From an uncultured Planctomycetales bacterium (GTDB lineage Bacteria > Omnitrophota > Gorgyraeia > Gygaellales > Profunditerraquicolaceae): a stretch of DNA of 64,000 bases. Made by a program: the position numbers and the translations under genes. The stretch covers positions 128,438 through 192,437 of the forward strand of contig CAZRVK010000004.1 of NCBI GenBank assembly GCA_964603585.1. The letters run 5' to 3'. This document shows, one piece after another, positions 40,290 to 51,163 of this stretch. The notes beneath the pieces were generated by a model. It saw only the letters and a list, made by a program, of their open reading frames with translations, ran no database searches and had not been told where the DNA came from. Position 1 is the first letter of the stretch; each line of letters opens with the position of its first letter.

Positions 40290-41170
40290 TGAAATTGTCA
40301 GAACTATACAACCTGGCGGTAAAATTTGGCTCCGCCAACGATCCCCGCAAACATGCAACCGCTTTTGAGGACAGCGCTATACTTTACGGAGATCCGAATA
40401 CACAGGTAAAAAAGGTCCTTGTCGGGATAGATATGGAATCACCAGAATTATTGCTGGCTGACAGGATACGTTCAAGGGAAGGCCTGGACCTGGTGATCGC
40501 ACATCATCCGGAGGGACAGGCGTATGCTGCCTTGTACAAAATAATCAAGATGCAGGCAGAAATATTGCGAAAAATAGGTGTTTCCCATGATCTATCCGAT
40601 GCTCTTATACAAGAGCGGCAAAGACAGGTACATCGCAGCCTGTTGCCTAATAACCATACCCGCGCGGTAGATACGGCAAGGTTATTGAATATGCCGTTTA
40701 TCTGTTTGCATACCCCTGCGGACAACCATGTATTTGCTTTTCTTAATCATCTGATGCAAAGAAAAAAACCGCGAACCATTCAGGATATTCTGGACATCCT
40801 CATGACTATTCCCGAATACCGTATTGCAAAGGATAACAACGCCGGACCCTGCTCGATCATTGGTTCTCCTAAGCGGACAGCAGGAAAAATCTTGATCGAA
40901 ATGACCGGAGGAACCGAAGGCCATAAAGATATTTACGACAAGCTTTACAAGGCAGGGGTACGTACCTTAATTTGCATGCATTTAAGCTCTGAACATTTTA
41001 AAAACGCCAAGAACGCCCACCTTAATGTGATTATTGCCGGGCATATATCATCGGATACATTAGGTCTTAATCTTCTCCTGGATAATATCCAAAGGGATGA
41101 GAAACTCCAGGTGATCAGTTGTTCCGGGTTTAATCGGATCGAGCGAAATTTACAAAAGGAAGTCCAATAA
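40289..41170 (+). CDS. Nif3-like dinuclear metal centre protein (candidate)
   Basis: The pattern VLVGIDMESPELL ... DLVIAHHPEGQ ... C-terminal HisH-rich segment resembles the NIF3/YqfO family. Position upstream of dnaG-rpoD as in other bacteria. Confidence 0.45.
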   Translation: MKLSELYNLAVKFGSANDPRKHATAFEDSAILYGDPNTQVKKVLVGIDMESPELLLADRIRSREGLDLVIAHHPEGQAYAALYKIIKMQAEILRKIGVSHDLSDALIQERQRQVHRSLLPNNHTRAVDTARLLNMPFICLHTPADNHVFAFLNHLMQRKKPRTIQDILDILMTIPEYRIAKDNNAGPCSIIGSPKRTAGKILIEMTGGTEGHKDIYDKLYKAGVRTLICMHLSSEHFKNAKNAHLNVIIAGHISSDTLGLNLLLDNIQRDEKLQVISCSGFNRIERNLQKEVQ

Positions 41171-41172
41171 AA

Positions 41173-42939
41173 ATGCAAGGCCTCATTCCTGATATAATCA
41201 TCGATGATATCCTTAGCCGTATTGATATAGTTGAGCTTATCTCTGGATATATACCGCTTAAACGCGCCGGCCGGAACTTTAAGGCGCCGTGCCCATTCCA
41301 TCATGAAAAAACGCCTTCGTTCGTAGTTAGCTCCGATAAACAGATATTTACCTGTTTTGGCTGCGGGGAATCAGGAAACGCTTTTAAATTCCTTATGCGT
41401 TACGAACGTATTGAGTTCCCTGAAGCGGTACGGATCCTGGCCAAAAAAGCCGGGGTCATCCTGCCGGATAACGAAAGGTTAAATACCCGCAGTGTCGGGC
41501 TTTCAACCCAGCTTTACAAGATCAACGAACTGGCGGCGGCATTTTACCAGAATCTCTTGAGTTCCGGAGGATCATCCCAAGCCAGGGAATATATTGCAAG
41601 CCGTGCAATAAATGATTCGACTTTAAAATTATTCAAGATAGGCTTATCCCTTGATAAATGGGATGCCTTGATCGAACATTTGCGCGCAAAAGGTATAAGC
41701 CTGGCTTTATTGGAAAAAGCCGGGCTTGTGCTTTTACGTGACCAGGGCGGATATTACGACCGTTTCCGTAAGCGCATAATCTTCCCCATATTTGATGTGA
41801 AATCCCGGGTTTTAGGGTTTGGGGCAAGAATATATGCCGAGGATGATAAGTCAGGGGCAAAATATTTAAATTCTCCGGAAACCGAGATTTATACAAAAGG
41901 AAAAAACCTTTACGGCCTTAATTTTGCCAAAAATGCAATTTTAGAGAACGATACGGTCATCATCGTCGAAGGCTATCTGGACTGCCTTATCCCTTATCAA
42001 GAAGGTATACATAATATTGTGGCTTCTTTGGGGACCGCACTTACTTTAGATCAAGCCGCTCTTTTGAAAAGACATACGCGGAATGTAGTAATGATCTATG
42101 ATGCTGATAACGCCGGCCAAATGGCAACTTTAAGAAGCCTGGATATTTTTATTGATGAAGAAATGTCGGTAAAAATAGTTTCTTTGCCCGCAGGCCTTGA
42201 CCCAGACAGTTTTGTAAGGCAAAAAGGAAGCGCTGCCTTGAAAGAAAGGATCTCTCAAGCAGAAAGCCTTTTTGATTATAAACTGCGTATCTTAAAAAAC
42301 CGGCATGATCCATCTACCCCGGAAGGCAAGGCAATGATTGCTTTTGAAATGCTGCCGACAATAAGAAGGTTCAAGAATGCGATCTTAACCGCTGAATATG
42401 TGAAGAAACTTGCCGAGGCCCTTAAGGTTTCAGAAACAGACCTGCTTTTGGAGCTAAAAAAGGTAAAAACCGGCGTCAATTATCAAAAAACGGCTCCAGT
42501 ATCAAACAAAGAACCATTAAATTTCAATCCTACGGAAAAACTACTGGTAAAGCTCATGCTGGAGGAATCCAGTATGATCCAGGAGATCCGCGCACATTTA
42601 TCGCCCGGGGATTTCCAGGATACCAGGATATCAAAGATCGTCGCCATGATGTTTGACTTCTCCCTGCAGGGTAGAAACCTTGAGGTTAATAAGTTCATCA
42701 GCCATATGGATGAAACTGACAGCCGGCTTGTCTGTGAATCATTGCTGAACACCGAACTTCCTTCTGAAAACCGGGAGAATATCGTCCAGGATTGCATAAA
42801 ACTCATTAAGCATAAGAAATTGAATTTCCGTAAGGTTTGTTTACAGGAAGAAATCCGTGCAGCCGAAAATGCAAAGGATGAAGCCAGGTTAGAGAAACTT
42901 AGGATCGAATTTTGCAACCTATTTAAAGAGGGTAGATAA
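41173..42939 (+). CDS. dnaG: DNA primase
   Basis: Zinc-binding region [11 protein letters not shown]...[15 protein letters not shown] domain (EGYLDCL...DADNAG). Confidence 0.9.
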   Translation: MQGLIPDIIIDDILSRIDIVELISGYIPLKRAGRNFKAPCPFHHEKTPSFVVSSDKQIFTCFGCGESGNAFKFLMRYERIEFPEAVRILAKKAGVILPDNERLNTRSVGLSTQLYKINELAAAFYQNLLSSGGSSQAREYIASRAINDSTLKLFKIGLSLDKWDALIEHLRAKGISLALLEKAGLVLLRDQGGYYDRFRKRIIFPIFDVKSRVLGFGARIYAEDDKSGAKYLNSPETEIYTKGKNLYGLNFAKNAILENDTVIIVEGYLDCLIPYQEGIHNIVASLGTALTLDQAALLKRHTRNVVMIYDADNAGQMATLRSLDIFIDEEMSVKIVSLPAGLDPDSFVRQKGSAALKERISQAESLFDYKLRILKNRHDPSTPEGKAMIAFEMLPTIRRFKNAILTAEYVKKLAEALKVSETDLLLELKKVKTGVNYQKTAPVSNKEPLNFNPTEKLLVKLMLEESSMIQEIRAHLSPGDFQDTRISKIVAMMFDFSLQGRNLEVNKFISHMDETDSRLVCESLLNTELPSENRENIVQDCIKLIKHKKLNFRKVCLQEEIRAAENAKDEARLEKLRIEFCNLFKEGR

Positions 42940-42941
42940 AA

Positions 42942-44474
42942 ATGAAGAGAAAAGTATTCGCGAAAAAGGATTTGGAGAAAATAATCGCTTTAGGCCGGCA
43001 AAAAGGGTTTTTGACCTATGATGAGGTCAATGACCTGTTGCCTGAAGATATATCTTCTTCGGATGATATCGATCAGCTTTTTGAGCTTTTAGGAAATGAG
43101 GATATCCAATTGATCGAGGCCAGTGAAGTAAAGGAACCGGAGAAGCATTTTCAACTGATGAATAAGGATAATCTTAATACCGAACCTCCTGCTGCGGAAG
43201 AACGGTTCCTTCCGCTCGATGACCCGGTTAAAATGTACCTTAAACAGATGGGGTCTATCTCTCTATTGTCGCGCGAGAACGAGATAGAACTGGCAAAGAA
43301 AATTGAGGAATCCGAAGAAAATTTCAAGCATGCCGTACTTTCAACCAGATTCGCCCGTCATGAAATTCTGGCGATCGCCAAAGATATCCTGGATGAAAAA
43401 TTGAACCTGGATGAAGTTGTAAAGGAAGAAATAAAAGCAAATGAAACACAGGTGCTTTCTCGAATCAAAAAAATCTCTGATAAGATCATTGCTACACGCA
43501 GCGATGCAAAAACCCTGCAGCTTCTTTTGCAATTCAACTTCACTACTTCCGTGGTAGAGATCGTAGTCCGTAAATTGAACGCCTTGATCAAGGAAAGGGA
43601 TTACCTGGACCGCCAGAAGAAGAAAGATCCGGCACGTAAACGCGCTATTGTAAACCTCCTTGGCGTACCAAACAACCGTCTAAAGGAACAGATCAAGCTT
43701 ATCCGCTCAACCCATTTGAAGTTTAACCGCACCAAAAAAAAGCTGGTAGAAGCAAACTTAAGACTGGTCGTCAGTATTGCAAAGAAATATACAAACCGGG
43801 GGTTATCGTTCTTAGACCTTATCCAGGAAGGCAATATCGGGTTAATGCGTGCCGTAGAGAAATTCGAATATAAACGCGGATATAAATTCTCCACTTATGC
43901 TACCTGGTGGATCCGTCAGGCCATAACCCGCTCTATCGCCGACCAGGCACGTACAATCCGTATACCGGTACACATGACGGAAACGATAAACAAGATCATG
44001 CGCTATTCCCGGTTGTTTGTGCAGGAACATGGCCGGGAACCTACGCCGGAGGAAATCTCCCATAAAATGCGGCTGCCGCAAGATAAGGTTAAATCAATAT
44101 TGAAGATCGCACAAGAACCCATATCCCTGCAGATGCCGATTGGTGATGAAGGGGATACCCATTTTGGTGATTTCATCCAGGATAAAAAAGCCATCTCTCC
44201 GGCTAACGCTACTGTCCGTTCCATGCTCAAGGATGAAATGGGCTCTGCCCTGGATACCCTTACCGAACGCGAACGCAAGATCCTGATTTTACGTTTTGGA
44301 GTAACTGATGGCTGTCCGCGTACGCTGGAAGAAGTAGGAAATGTTTTTAAGGTTACCCGGGAACGTGTGCGCCAAATCGAAGCCAAGGCATTGAAGAAAT
44401 TACGGCATCCTACCCGCTCCAGAAGGCTACGGGCTTTTCTGGACATGACAATAGCGCACCAGCGCGAATACTAA
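42942..44474 (+). CDS. rpoD: RNA polymerase sigma factor RpoD (sigma-70)
   Basis: Regions 1.2-4 are conserved ([51 protein letters not shown]). Confidence 0.95.
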   Translation: MKRKVFAKKDLEKIIALGRQKGFLTYDEVNDLLPEDISSSDDIDQLFELLGNEDIQLIEASEVKEPEKHFQLMNKDNLNTEPPAAEERFLPLDDPVKMYLKQMGSISLLSRENEIELAKKIEESEENFKHAVLSTRFARHEILAIAKDILDEKLNLDEVVKEEIKANETQVLSRIKKISDKIIATRSDAKTLQLLLQFNFTTSVVEIVVRKLNALIKERDYLDRQKKKDPARKRAIVNLLGVPNNRLKEQIKLIRSTHLKFNRTKKKLVEANLRLVVSIAKKYTNRGLSFLDLIQEGNIGLMRAVEKFEYKRGYKFSTYATWWIRQAITRSIADQARTIRIPVHMTETINKIMRYSRLFVQEHGREPTPEEISHKMRLPQDKVKSILKIAQEPISLQMPIGDEGDTHFGDFIQDKKAISPANATVRSMLKDEMGSALDTLTERERKILILRFGVTDGCPRTLEEVGNVFKVTRERVRQIEAKALKKLRHPTRSRRLRAFLDMTIAHQREY

Positions 44475-44604
44475 TTCTATAATTTTTATTGCAAAAACCC
44501 AATAAAAATAGTATCATATAGTATTGTCTTTTATGCGTTTAGCATCGGCTTAAAAGGCTCGTGGCTTATTGCTCGCGCCATAGGGCCTTGGCGGAATAAT
44601 TTTG

Positions 44605-44677
44605 GGGCCCATAGCTCAGTGGTTAGAGCAGGTGACTCATAATCACTTGGTCCGGGGTCCGAATCCCTGTGGGCCCA
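44605..44677 (+). tRNA. tRNA with anticodon CAT (elongator Met or Ile2/lysidine type), atypical T-loop
   Basis: Cloverleaf folds manually: acceptor GGGCCCA/TGGGCCC, D-arm GCTC...GAGC, anticodon loop CTCATAA, T-arm CGGGG-TCCGAAT-CCCTG. Pair 1:72 is G:C, so it is not initiator-like. T-loop position 55 is C. CCA is not encoded. Confidence 0.8.
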
Positions 44678-44710
44678 GTAATTCGAGTTCCGGCATCAAG
44701 GGTCAAAAAA

Positions 44711-44784
44711 GGGCGATTGGCTCAGCTGGTTAGAGCGTTGCGTTCACATCGCAAAGGTCAGAGGTTCGAATCCTCTATCGCCCA
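44711..44784 (+). tRNA. tRNA-Val (anticodon CAC)
   Basis: Acceptor GGGCGAT/ATCGCCC. Anticodon stem TTGCG/CGCAA with loop TTCACAT. T-arm AGAGG-TTCGAAT-CCTCT. Followed by a T7 run. Confidence 0.85.
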
Positions 44785-44839
44785 TTTTTTTAGACGCCTT
44801 GGATCGTTCACATAACGCTAATCAAGAAAGGACCTGAAT

Positions 44840-45571
44840 TTGACAACCATTGACCTTAAAAAGCAGTTATCTTCTTTGATTAAGTTGCAGACGTTCGACA
44901 GTGAAATATACACCTTGAAAAATGCCTTGGAACTAAAACCCCAGGAACTGGCGGCGGCTGAATCTGTGTTTAGTGAAAAAAAACAGACCCTTTTGGAAAT
45001 GGAGAAGAGCTCCCTTGATCTGCAAAAACAAAAGAAGGAAAGGGAACTGGAACTTGCTAGCAAGGAAGAAGGGATCATAAAGCTTAAGGGACAGCTATCA
45101 TCTTTAAAAACCAATAAAGAGTATCAGGCAATGCTTAAGCAAATAGATGATGCAAAAGCAGACGCCTCACTGATCGAGGATAAAATATTGCAGTCTTTCG
45201 ACCTGATCGATAAGGCCAAAATCGATATAGAAAATGAAAGAAACCGGCTTAAAAAGGATGAGTCTGTGTTTAATGAGCAAAAGGCTGCGATCGAAACAGA
45301 AATAAAAGCAATAACCGCGCATATCTTTGAATTGCAGGAGAAACGCAAACAGATACTGCCGGAAGTCGATCCTAAATTGCTGGCGCAATATGAAAAAATC
45401 CTGCAAAACAGGAATGGACTGGCGATAGTGCCGGTAAAGGACAATTCTTGCCAGGGATGCAATATGTTTACCCCTGCTCAAGTGCTTAATCTCATCAAAA
45501 TGTATGAATATATCGTAACCTGTGAGAGTTGCAACCGGATGCTCTATATTGAAGAGGAACACGAAGCATAA
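44840..45571 (+). CDS. Zinc-ribbon domain coiled-coil protein (COG1579/DUF164-like)
   Basis: TTG start with an AAAGGA RBS. Long coiled-coil. C-terminal CQGCNM...CESCN C4 zinc ribbon. Confidence 0.7.
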   Translation: MTTIDLKKQLSSLIKLQTFDSEIYTLKNALELKPQELAAAESVFSEKKQTLLEMEKSSLDLQKQKKERELELASKEEGIIKLKGQLSSLKTNKEYQAMLKQIDDAKADASLIEDKILQSFDLIDKAKIDIENERNRLKKDESVFNEQKAAIETEIKAITAHIFELQEKRKQILPEVDPKLLAQYEKILQNRNGLAIVPVKDNSCQGCNMFTPAQVLNLIKMYEYIVTCESCNRMLYIEEEHEA

Positions 45572-45579
45572 AGTCTTTT

Positions 45580-45990
45580 ATGAGCAAATTAGAGATTAAT
45601 ATCGATGGAGCCTCAAAAGGCAATCCCGGCCCGGCAGGGATCGGTGTAGTTATCTGTAAGGATGACGTTGTAATAAAGAACATTTCCAGTTATATTGGAA
45701 ACACGACGAATAATATCGCCGAATACACCGCATTGATATATGCCCTGGAAGAAGCATTGATCTTAAAGGCGAAATCATTGAAAGTAAGTTCCGACAGCCA
45801 GCTTTTATGCTGTCAGATCAACGGCCAGTATAAAGTCAGGCATGAGAATCTGTTGCCGCTATACGAAAGGGCAAAACACCTGATCAAGGCTTTTGACGAA
45901 TTTTCGATAAGATATATCCCGCGCCAGGAAAATACCGGAGCTGATAAACTTGCGACAAACGCAGTAAAAGATGCTTTAAGAAAACGATAA
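45580..45990 (+). CDS. rnhA: Ribonuclease HI
   Basis: INIDGASKGNPGPAGIGVVI ... NNIAEYTALIYALE ... DSQLL is the RNase H fold catalytic pattern (D, E, D). Confidence 0.8.
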   Translation: MSKLEINIDGASKGNPGPAGIGVVICKDDVVIKNISSYIGNTTNNIAEYTALIYALEEALILKAKSLKVSSDSQLLCCQINGQYKVRHENLLPLYERAKHLIKAFDEFSIRYIPRQENTGADKLATNAVKDALRKR

Positions 45991-46017
45991 CTGCGCATCG
46001 CCTATATTACTGATAAA

Positions 46018-46345
46018 GCAGGCAGAAAGTGGTTACTTCGCTATCAGTCCGGTAGCGGGGAGGAAAGTCCGGGCTCCAAAGGGCAGCGTAGTGGGTAACC
46101 CCCATCACCCGGGTGCATATCCGGGGAGGATTAGAGCTACAGAGACGAGACCGTCAATTTAGTTTGGCGGGGTGAAACGAGCAATCTCTACGCGGAGCAA
46201 AGCCGAATAGGGGATGAGGAATGCCCGTTCCGTTATCAGTCCCGGGTAGGCTGCTTAAGCCTGATGGTAACATCAGCGCTAAAAGAGGAATGACCACAGT
46301 TGATGCTAAACAGCATCAAGACAGAACCCGGCTTATTCTGCCTGC
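46018..46345 (+). ncRNA. rnpB: RNase P RNA (bacterial type A)
   Basis: P1 helix GCAGGCAGAA / TTCTGCCTGC. Conserved GGAAAGTCCGGGCTCC (P4 5' strand) and ACAGAACCCGGCTTA (P4 3' strand). GGGTAACC-type motifs. Confidence 0.8.
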
Positions 46346-46425
46346 ATTAATTTAAATAGATAGTCAACACAAAACTTTTACCGGTCCCAAATATTCAAAT
46401 AAACGATTTAGAGGAGGAAATAAAA

Positions 46426-47178
46426 ATGTCTGGTCATTCTAAATGGAAAACGAATAAAGGTAAGAAAATGGCAGCGGACGCAAAAAAAGGCGCCATTTAT
46501 ACCAAAATCATTAAGGAGTTGACGGTTTGCGCACGCGAAGGCGGAGGAAACCCGGATACAAACTCACGATTGCGTGCAATTATGCAAAAGGCAAAAGAGG
46601 CAAATATGCCTGCGGATAACGTAAAGATGGCGATTAAACGCGGAACAGGAGAATTGCCCGGGGTAATTTATGAGAATACCACTTACGAGGCCTATGGCGC
46701 AGGAGGTGTAGCAATCCTAATTGATGCATTAACCGACAACAAGAACCGCACCAGCGCTGAACTGCGCAACATTATGTCGAAAAAAGGCGGAAGTTTTGCC
46801 GGGGCAGGGGCCGTCAGCTGGATGTTCACGAAAAAAGGGTATTTTTTGATCGAGAAAACACAGGCCAAAGAAGAAGAACTGATGAACTTGGTTTTGGAGG
46901 CCGGAGCCGAGGATATGAAAACCGATGAGAAAAATTTCGAAATCACCACCCAGCCGCAGAATTTCGAACAGGTAAAAGCGGCTATCGAAGCAAAAGGGAT
47001 AAAATGCCTTGATGCCGAGGTTACTATGATCCCATCTTCGACGATCAAATTAACTGGTAATGACGCAAAACAACTTTTAGGGCTGATTGAAGCCCTTGAA
47101 GAACATGACGATGTAGAACAGGTCTATGCAAATTTCGATATCCCTGATGAAATTATCGAACAGTTAAGCAATGCTTAA
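46426..47178 (+). CDS. yebC: YebC/PmpR family DNA-binding regulator
   Basis: MSGHSKWKTNKGKK is the canonical N-terminus. AGGAGG RBS. Confidence 0.9.
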   Translation: MSGHSKWKTNKGKKMAADAKKGAIYTKIIKELTVCAREGGGNPDTNSRLRAIMQKAKEANMPADNVKMAIKRGTGELPGVIYENTTYEAYGAGGVAILIDALTDNKNRTSAELRNIMSKKGGSFAGAGAVSWMFTKKGYFLIEKTQAKEEELMNLVLEAGAEDMKTDEKNFEITTQPQNFEQVKAAIEAKGIKCLDAEVTMIPSSTIKLTGNDAKQLLGLIEALEEHDDVEQVYANFDIPDEIIEQLSNA

Positions 47179-47180
47179 AA

Positions 47181-47663
47181 ATGCGTATATTGGGAATTGA
47201 TCCGGCTTTGAACATAACCGGCTACGGAGTGATTGATTACATAAAAAATGATTTCATCCTGGTAGAAGCCGGTGTGATCAAAAGCTCGGGCAATAAGGGA
47301 TTACCTGCCCGCCTGGAACGGATATACCAGGCGATGCTAAGGTTGATCTCTGACACAAAACCGGATACAATAGTTTTAGAAAAAATATTCTCGCATTATC
47401 AATATCCTGCAACTTCATACCTTTTAGGGCATGCCCGCGGGGTAATTTGTTTAGCCGCCCAGACAAAAGGCGTGGAGTTAGTAGAATATGCGGCTACCCG
47501 CATAAAAAAGGCAATTGTCGGTAAAGGTCTGGCTTCAAAACAACAGGTTCAAAGCATAATCTTAAAAACATTCAGCCTTAAAACTCTGCCTAAATATACT
47601 GATGTGACTGATGCCTTGGCTTTAGCCATTGCCCATGGTTATATCAGCAGAATAAGACTATGA
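47181..47663 (+). CDS. ruvC: Holliday junction resolvase RuvC
   Basis: MRILGIDPALNITGYGVI and RNase-H-like catalytic residues. Confidence 0.9.
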   Translation: MRILGIDPALNITGYGVIDYIKNDFILVEAGVIKSSGNKGLPARLERIYQAMLRLISDTKPDTIVLEKIFSHYQYPATSYLLGHARGVICLAAQTKGVELVEYAATRIKKAIVGKGLASKQQVQSIILKTFSLKTLPKYTDVTDALALAIAHGYISRIRL

Positions 47664-48289
47664 TCGCGCGTATAAAGGGTAAAATTACAGAAATCAGGCA
47701 AAACTCCGTATTGCTGGATGTTGGAGGAATAAGTTATGAGATTTTCCTGCCTCAAACAGTAATGCAGCGCCTCACCCAGGATATCTGCTCGAATAAGGAG
47801 ATCAGTTTGATAACCTATCATTACGTGCAGGTAGAGCCAACAAAAAGTACTCCGGTCTTGATCGGATTCTTGAATGAGGTCGAAAAAGAGTTCTTTCAGG
47901 CATTTATCTCTGTTTCCGGGATTGGCCCCAGAGCAGCCCTAAGAGCACTGAACCAGCCGATATCCTTGATCGCCAGGGCCATCGATGAAGCGGATGCTGA
48001 TTTCTTGAGGTCGCTTCCGGGAATAGGACAGCAAAAAGCAAGGGATATCATTGCCAAACTGCAAAACAAAGTAGGGAAGTTCGGATTGCTCAAGGACCAA
48101 GATGCAGCATCTGCCTTAAAATCGGCCAAAACCGATATAATCGATGAGGCTACTTTAATACTTACACAACTGGAATATAAGAAATCCGAAGCTGAATCAA
48201 TGATCAAGAATGCATTAGCCCGAGGAGTGGATATAACTACTACCGAAGCTCTTCTGAATGAAGTATACAAACAAAAGAAAACGGAGTAA
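47660..48289 (+). CDS. ruvA: Holliday junction DNA helicase subunit RuvA
   Basis: MIARIKGKI, and helix-hairpin-helix motifs (ISVSGIGPRAAL, LPGIGQQKA). Confidence 0.9.
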   Translation: MIARIKGKITEIRQNSVLLDVGGISYEIFLPQTVMQRLTQDICSNKEISLITYHYVQVEPTKSTPVLIGFLNEVEKEFFQAFISVSGIGPRAALRALNQPISLIARAIDEADADFLRSLPGIGQQKARDIIAKLQNKVGKFGLLKDQDAASALKSAKTDIIDEATLILTQLEYKKSEAESMIKNALARGVDITTTEALLNEVYKQKKTE

Positions 48290-48295
48290 ATAAAA

Positions 48296-49021
48296 ATGGC
48301 TGATAATAATATTAAGTCTGTACTGGAAGCAATGCTTTTTTCCAGCGACCGGCCGCTTACAATTGAACAGATGCGGTATCCTTTGGATAACCTCGAATCC
48401 AAGGAAATCCGCCGGCTCCTGGAGGAACTTCAAGCAGAATATGAAGCCTCTAACCGGGGAATGCGCATTGTGGAGATCGCTGGAGGATTTCAGATGACCA
48501 CCCCGGTGGATTTTGCACAATTCTTAAGGAAATTACACAGGAATAAACGCATTGAAAGGCTCTCCAAGCCGGCCTTGGAAACCCTGGCAATCATCGCATA
48601 TAAACAGCCTTTGACGAAAACGGAAGTTGAGTCTTTGAGGAATGTTAATGTAGACGGGGTCATTACCAGCCTTTTAGATAAGGACCTTATACGAATAACC
48701 GGACGAAAAGCGCTTCCCGGAAGGCCGCATGTTTTCGGCACCACAAAAAGGTTCCTTGAGTATTTTGGTTTGAAGTCTTTGGATGACTTGCCCAAAATGG
48801 AGGATTTTACGAAATTGAATTCTGCTCTGCCTGAAGCCGATGCTAATCCTCTGGATACAGAAGCTATAACAGGGAGCGCAAATATAGAAACCACCCCTGA
48901 AACAATTATCACAAAGGATACACTAAGAGAACCAGAAAATACAGGAAATGCGATTGATAATATGTCCGAAACCGGTATCACTGCAGACGGAGCCAAAGAT
49001 GAGCCTAAAGACATTGCGTAA
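48296..49021 (+). CDS. scpB: Segregation and condensation protein B with acidic low-complexity C-terminal tail
   Basis: LEAMLFSSDRPLTIEQM and tandem winged-helix pattern. About 80 aa of D/E/T-rich tail. Confidence 0.75.
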   Translation: MADNNIKSVLEAMLFSSDRPLTIEQMRYPLDNLESKEIRRLLEELQAEYEASNRGMRIVEIAGGFQMTTPVDFAQFLRKLHRNKRIERLSKPALETLAIIAYKQPLTKTEVESLRNVNVDGVITSLLDKDLIRITGRKALPGRPHVFGTTKRFLEYFGLKSLDDLPKMEDFTKLNSALPEADANPLDTEAITGSANIETTPETIITKDTLREPENTGNAIDNMSETGITADGAKDEPKDIA

Positions 49022-50060
49022 GAAAATCGATCAGCTTGACAATTCGATCATCGAGTTATTAAATAACCGTGCGAAAGTTGCAATGGCGATCGCGAAAACA
49101 AAACGCGATGAAGGCAAAAGCCTTTATTCTCCAGACCGTGAATCACAGGTCCTGGAGAAAATACTGCGGAAAAACACTGGCCCATTAGGTAGCTCTGCGC
49201 TGGAAGCAATCTATCGAGAGGTTATGTCTGCGAGTTTCAGCATGAGCCAGTCTTTAAAGGTCGCCTACATGGGACCGGAGGCCAGCTTCTCGAATTTAGC
49301 GGCGCTAAAACGTTTTGGTTCGCAGGTAAAATACATCCCCTGTGAAAGCATTCCGGATGTTTTCTTGGCAGTAGAAAAGGGAAATGCGGAATTCGGCGTC
49401 GTCCCCGTAGAAAATTCTATTGAAGGCGCAGTAAGCTATACCCTAGATATGTTTGTAGAATCAGACCTGAAGATCTGCAGTCAGATAAGCCTAGATGTTT
49501 CGCATAATTTGCTTTCCTTATACAAAAAGGAGCGGATCAGGCATGTGTATTCCAACCCCCAGGTTTTTGGGCAGTGCCGTTTATGGCTGCAGGCAAACCT
49601 TCCCGGAGTGGATAAAATCGAGGTTTCCAGCACAACACGGGCTGCACAAATCGCAAAAACCCAGAAGGACAGCGCCTGTATCGGTTCATTGCTTGCAGCT
49701 AAATTATATAAATTAAATGTGCTCTCATCGGGGATCGAAGATTCCCCGCATAACATTACCAAATTCATGGTAGTGGGAAAAACAGATGTTGCCCCTACCG
49801 GATATGATAAAACATCCATTCTATTCTCGATCAAAGATAAGGTGGGCGCGCTCCATGACATGCTTTTGCCATTTAAGAAATACCGGATCAACCTTACCAA
49901 AATAGAATCACGTCCGTCAAAACGCAAGGCCTGGGACTATTACTTCTATTTGGATATGCAGGGGCACCGTTTTCAGCCGCGGTTAGCCAAGGCAATACGG
50001 GCATTGGAAAATAAATGTAAATTCTTGAAAGTTCTGGGATCATATCCGGTAACTAAATAG
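48999..50060 (+). CDS. pheA: Bifunctional chorismate mutase / prephenate dehydratase (P-protein)
   Basis: N-terminal chorismate mutase helix (LRKKIDQLDNSIIELLNNRAKVAMAI). Prephenate dehydratase domain. C-terminal ACT. The start at 48999 (MSLKTL) overlaps the scpB tail by 23 nt. Confidence 0.8.
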   Translation: MSLKTLRKKIDQLDNSIIELLNNRAKVAMAIAKTKRDEGKSLYSPDRESQVLEKILRKNTGPLGSSALEAIYREVMSASFSMSQSLKVAYMGPEASFSNLAALKRFGSQVKYIPCESIPDVFLAVEKGNAEFGVVPVENSIEGAVSYTLDMFVESDLKICSQISLDVSHNLLSLYKKERIRHVYSNPQVFGQCRLWLQANLPGVDKIEVSSTTRAAQIAKTQKDSACIGSLLAAKLYKLNVLSSGIEDSPHNITKFMVVGKTDVAPTGYDKTSILFSIKDKVGALHDMLLPFKKYRINLTKIESRPSKRKAWDYYFYLDMQGHRFQPRLAKAIRALENKCKFLKVLGSYPVTK

Positions 50061-50069
50061 GCGGTAAAA

Positions 50070-51161
50070 ATGGGACTTGTCAGAAAAAATGTTTTAAACA
50101 TAACCGCATACAGCGGCGGCAAACCAATCGAAGAGACCAAACGCGAGTTTGGGCTAAAACGGGTGGTTAAACTGGCTTCGAACGAAAACCCGTTAGGGGC
50201 GTCACCCCGCGCTTTAACTGCGATAAAAAACAGTGTTGCCAGTATCAACCGTTACCCTGACGGGCAAAGCTTTTATTTAAAGGAAAGGCTTTCCCGCAAG
50301 CTGAAGGTATCGGCTGAAAATATCGTTTTAGGCAATGGTTCAGATGAATTGATCGATATCATCATCAAAACCTTTGTAGAAGAAAACGAGAATATTATCA
50401 GTGCGGATAATACATTCCTTGAATATAAGATTATTTCACAGGTGAATAACCGGAGGTTTATCACTGTAGCGCTAAAAGACTTTCGCTATGACCTGGAGGC
50501 AATAAGGGCAAGGATGGATAAAAAGACAAAACTGGTTTTTATTGCTAACCCCAATAATCCTACCGGTACCTATGTGGCAAAGAAAGAGCTGGAAACTTTC
50601 ATCTCAAACATCCCCAAAAACATTATTTTAGTGCTGGATGAAGCATATGACACATTCATCGATGTAAGCGATTACTCAAGTGGATTTAATTATTTCAAGA
50701 AGAACAATGTAATTGTCCTAAGGACATTTTCCAAGGCTTATGGGCTGGCAGGATTACGGATAGGATATGCACTTACCTCATCTTATTTTGCCGCTTATAT
50801 GGAACGTGTCAGGCAGCCTTTCAATGTAAATCTTTTAGCACAGGCCGGGGCTTTAGCCGCTTTAGACGATGACCGATTCTTGAAAAAAGTAAAGCAAATA
50901 AATGCCGCGGGAAAGGCATACCTTTACCGGGAATTGGATAAACTCGGGCTTAAATATATCCCTTCCGTCACAAACTTTATCCTGGTAAATGCCGGTTATG
51001 ATGGGGTTTTGCTCTTTAAGGCCATGTTGAAAAAAGGAGTAATCATCAGGGATATGCGGCAATATGGGTTAAACCGGTTTTTCCGTGTGACTATCGGTAC
51101 CGAGAAAGAAAATAAATTGTTTATCAGATCCTTGAAGGATTGCCTTGTAAACGGAGGTTAG
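50070..51161 (+). CDS. hisC: Histidinol-phosphate / aromatic aminotransferase (class II PLP)
   Basis: LASNENPLG, and PLP lysine region ([15 protein letters not shown]). Confidence 0.85.
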   Translation: MGLVRKNVLNITAYSGGKPIEETKREFGLKRVVKLASNENPLGASPRALTAIKNSVASINRYPDGQSFYLKERLSRKLKVSAENIVLGNGSDELIDIIIKTFVEENENIISADNTFLEYKIISQVNNRRFITVALKDFRYDLEAIRARMDKKTKLVFIANPNNPTGTYVAKKELETFISNIPKNIILVLDEAYDTFIDVSDYSSGFNYFKKNNVIVLRTFSKAYGLAGLRIGYALTSSYFAAYMERVRQPFNVNLLAQAGALAALDDDRFLKKVKQINAAGKAYLYRELDKLGLKYIPSVTNFILVNAGYDGVLLFKAMLKKGVIIRDMRQYGLNRFFRVTIGTEKENKLFIRSLKDCLVNGG

Positions 51162-51163
51162 TC

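Noticed and set aside
44475-44604. Structured leader or small RNA between rpoD and the tRNA pair
   Set aside because: Only a plausible TTGCAA-17-TATCAT promoter and a tRNA precursor leader were visible. There is no stable hairpin or recognisable motif.
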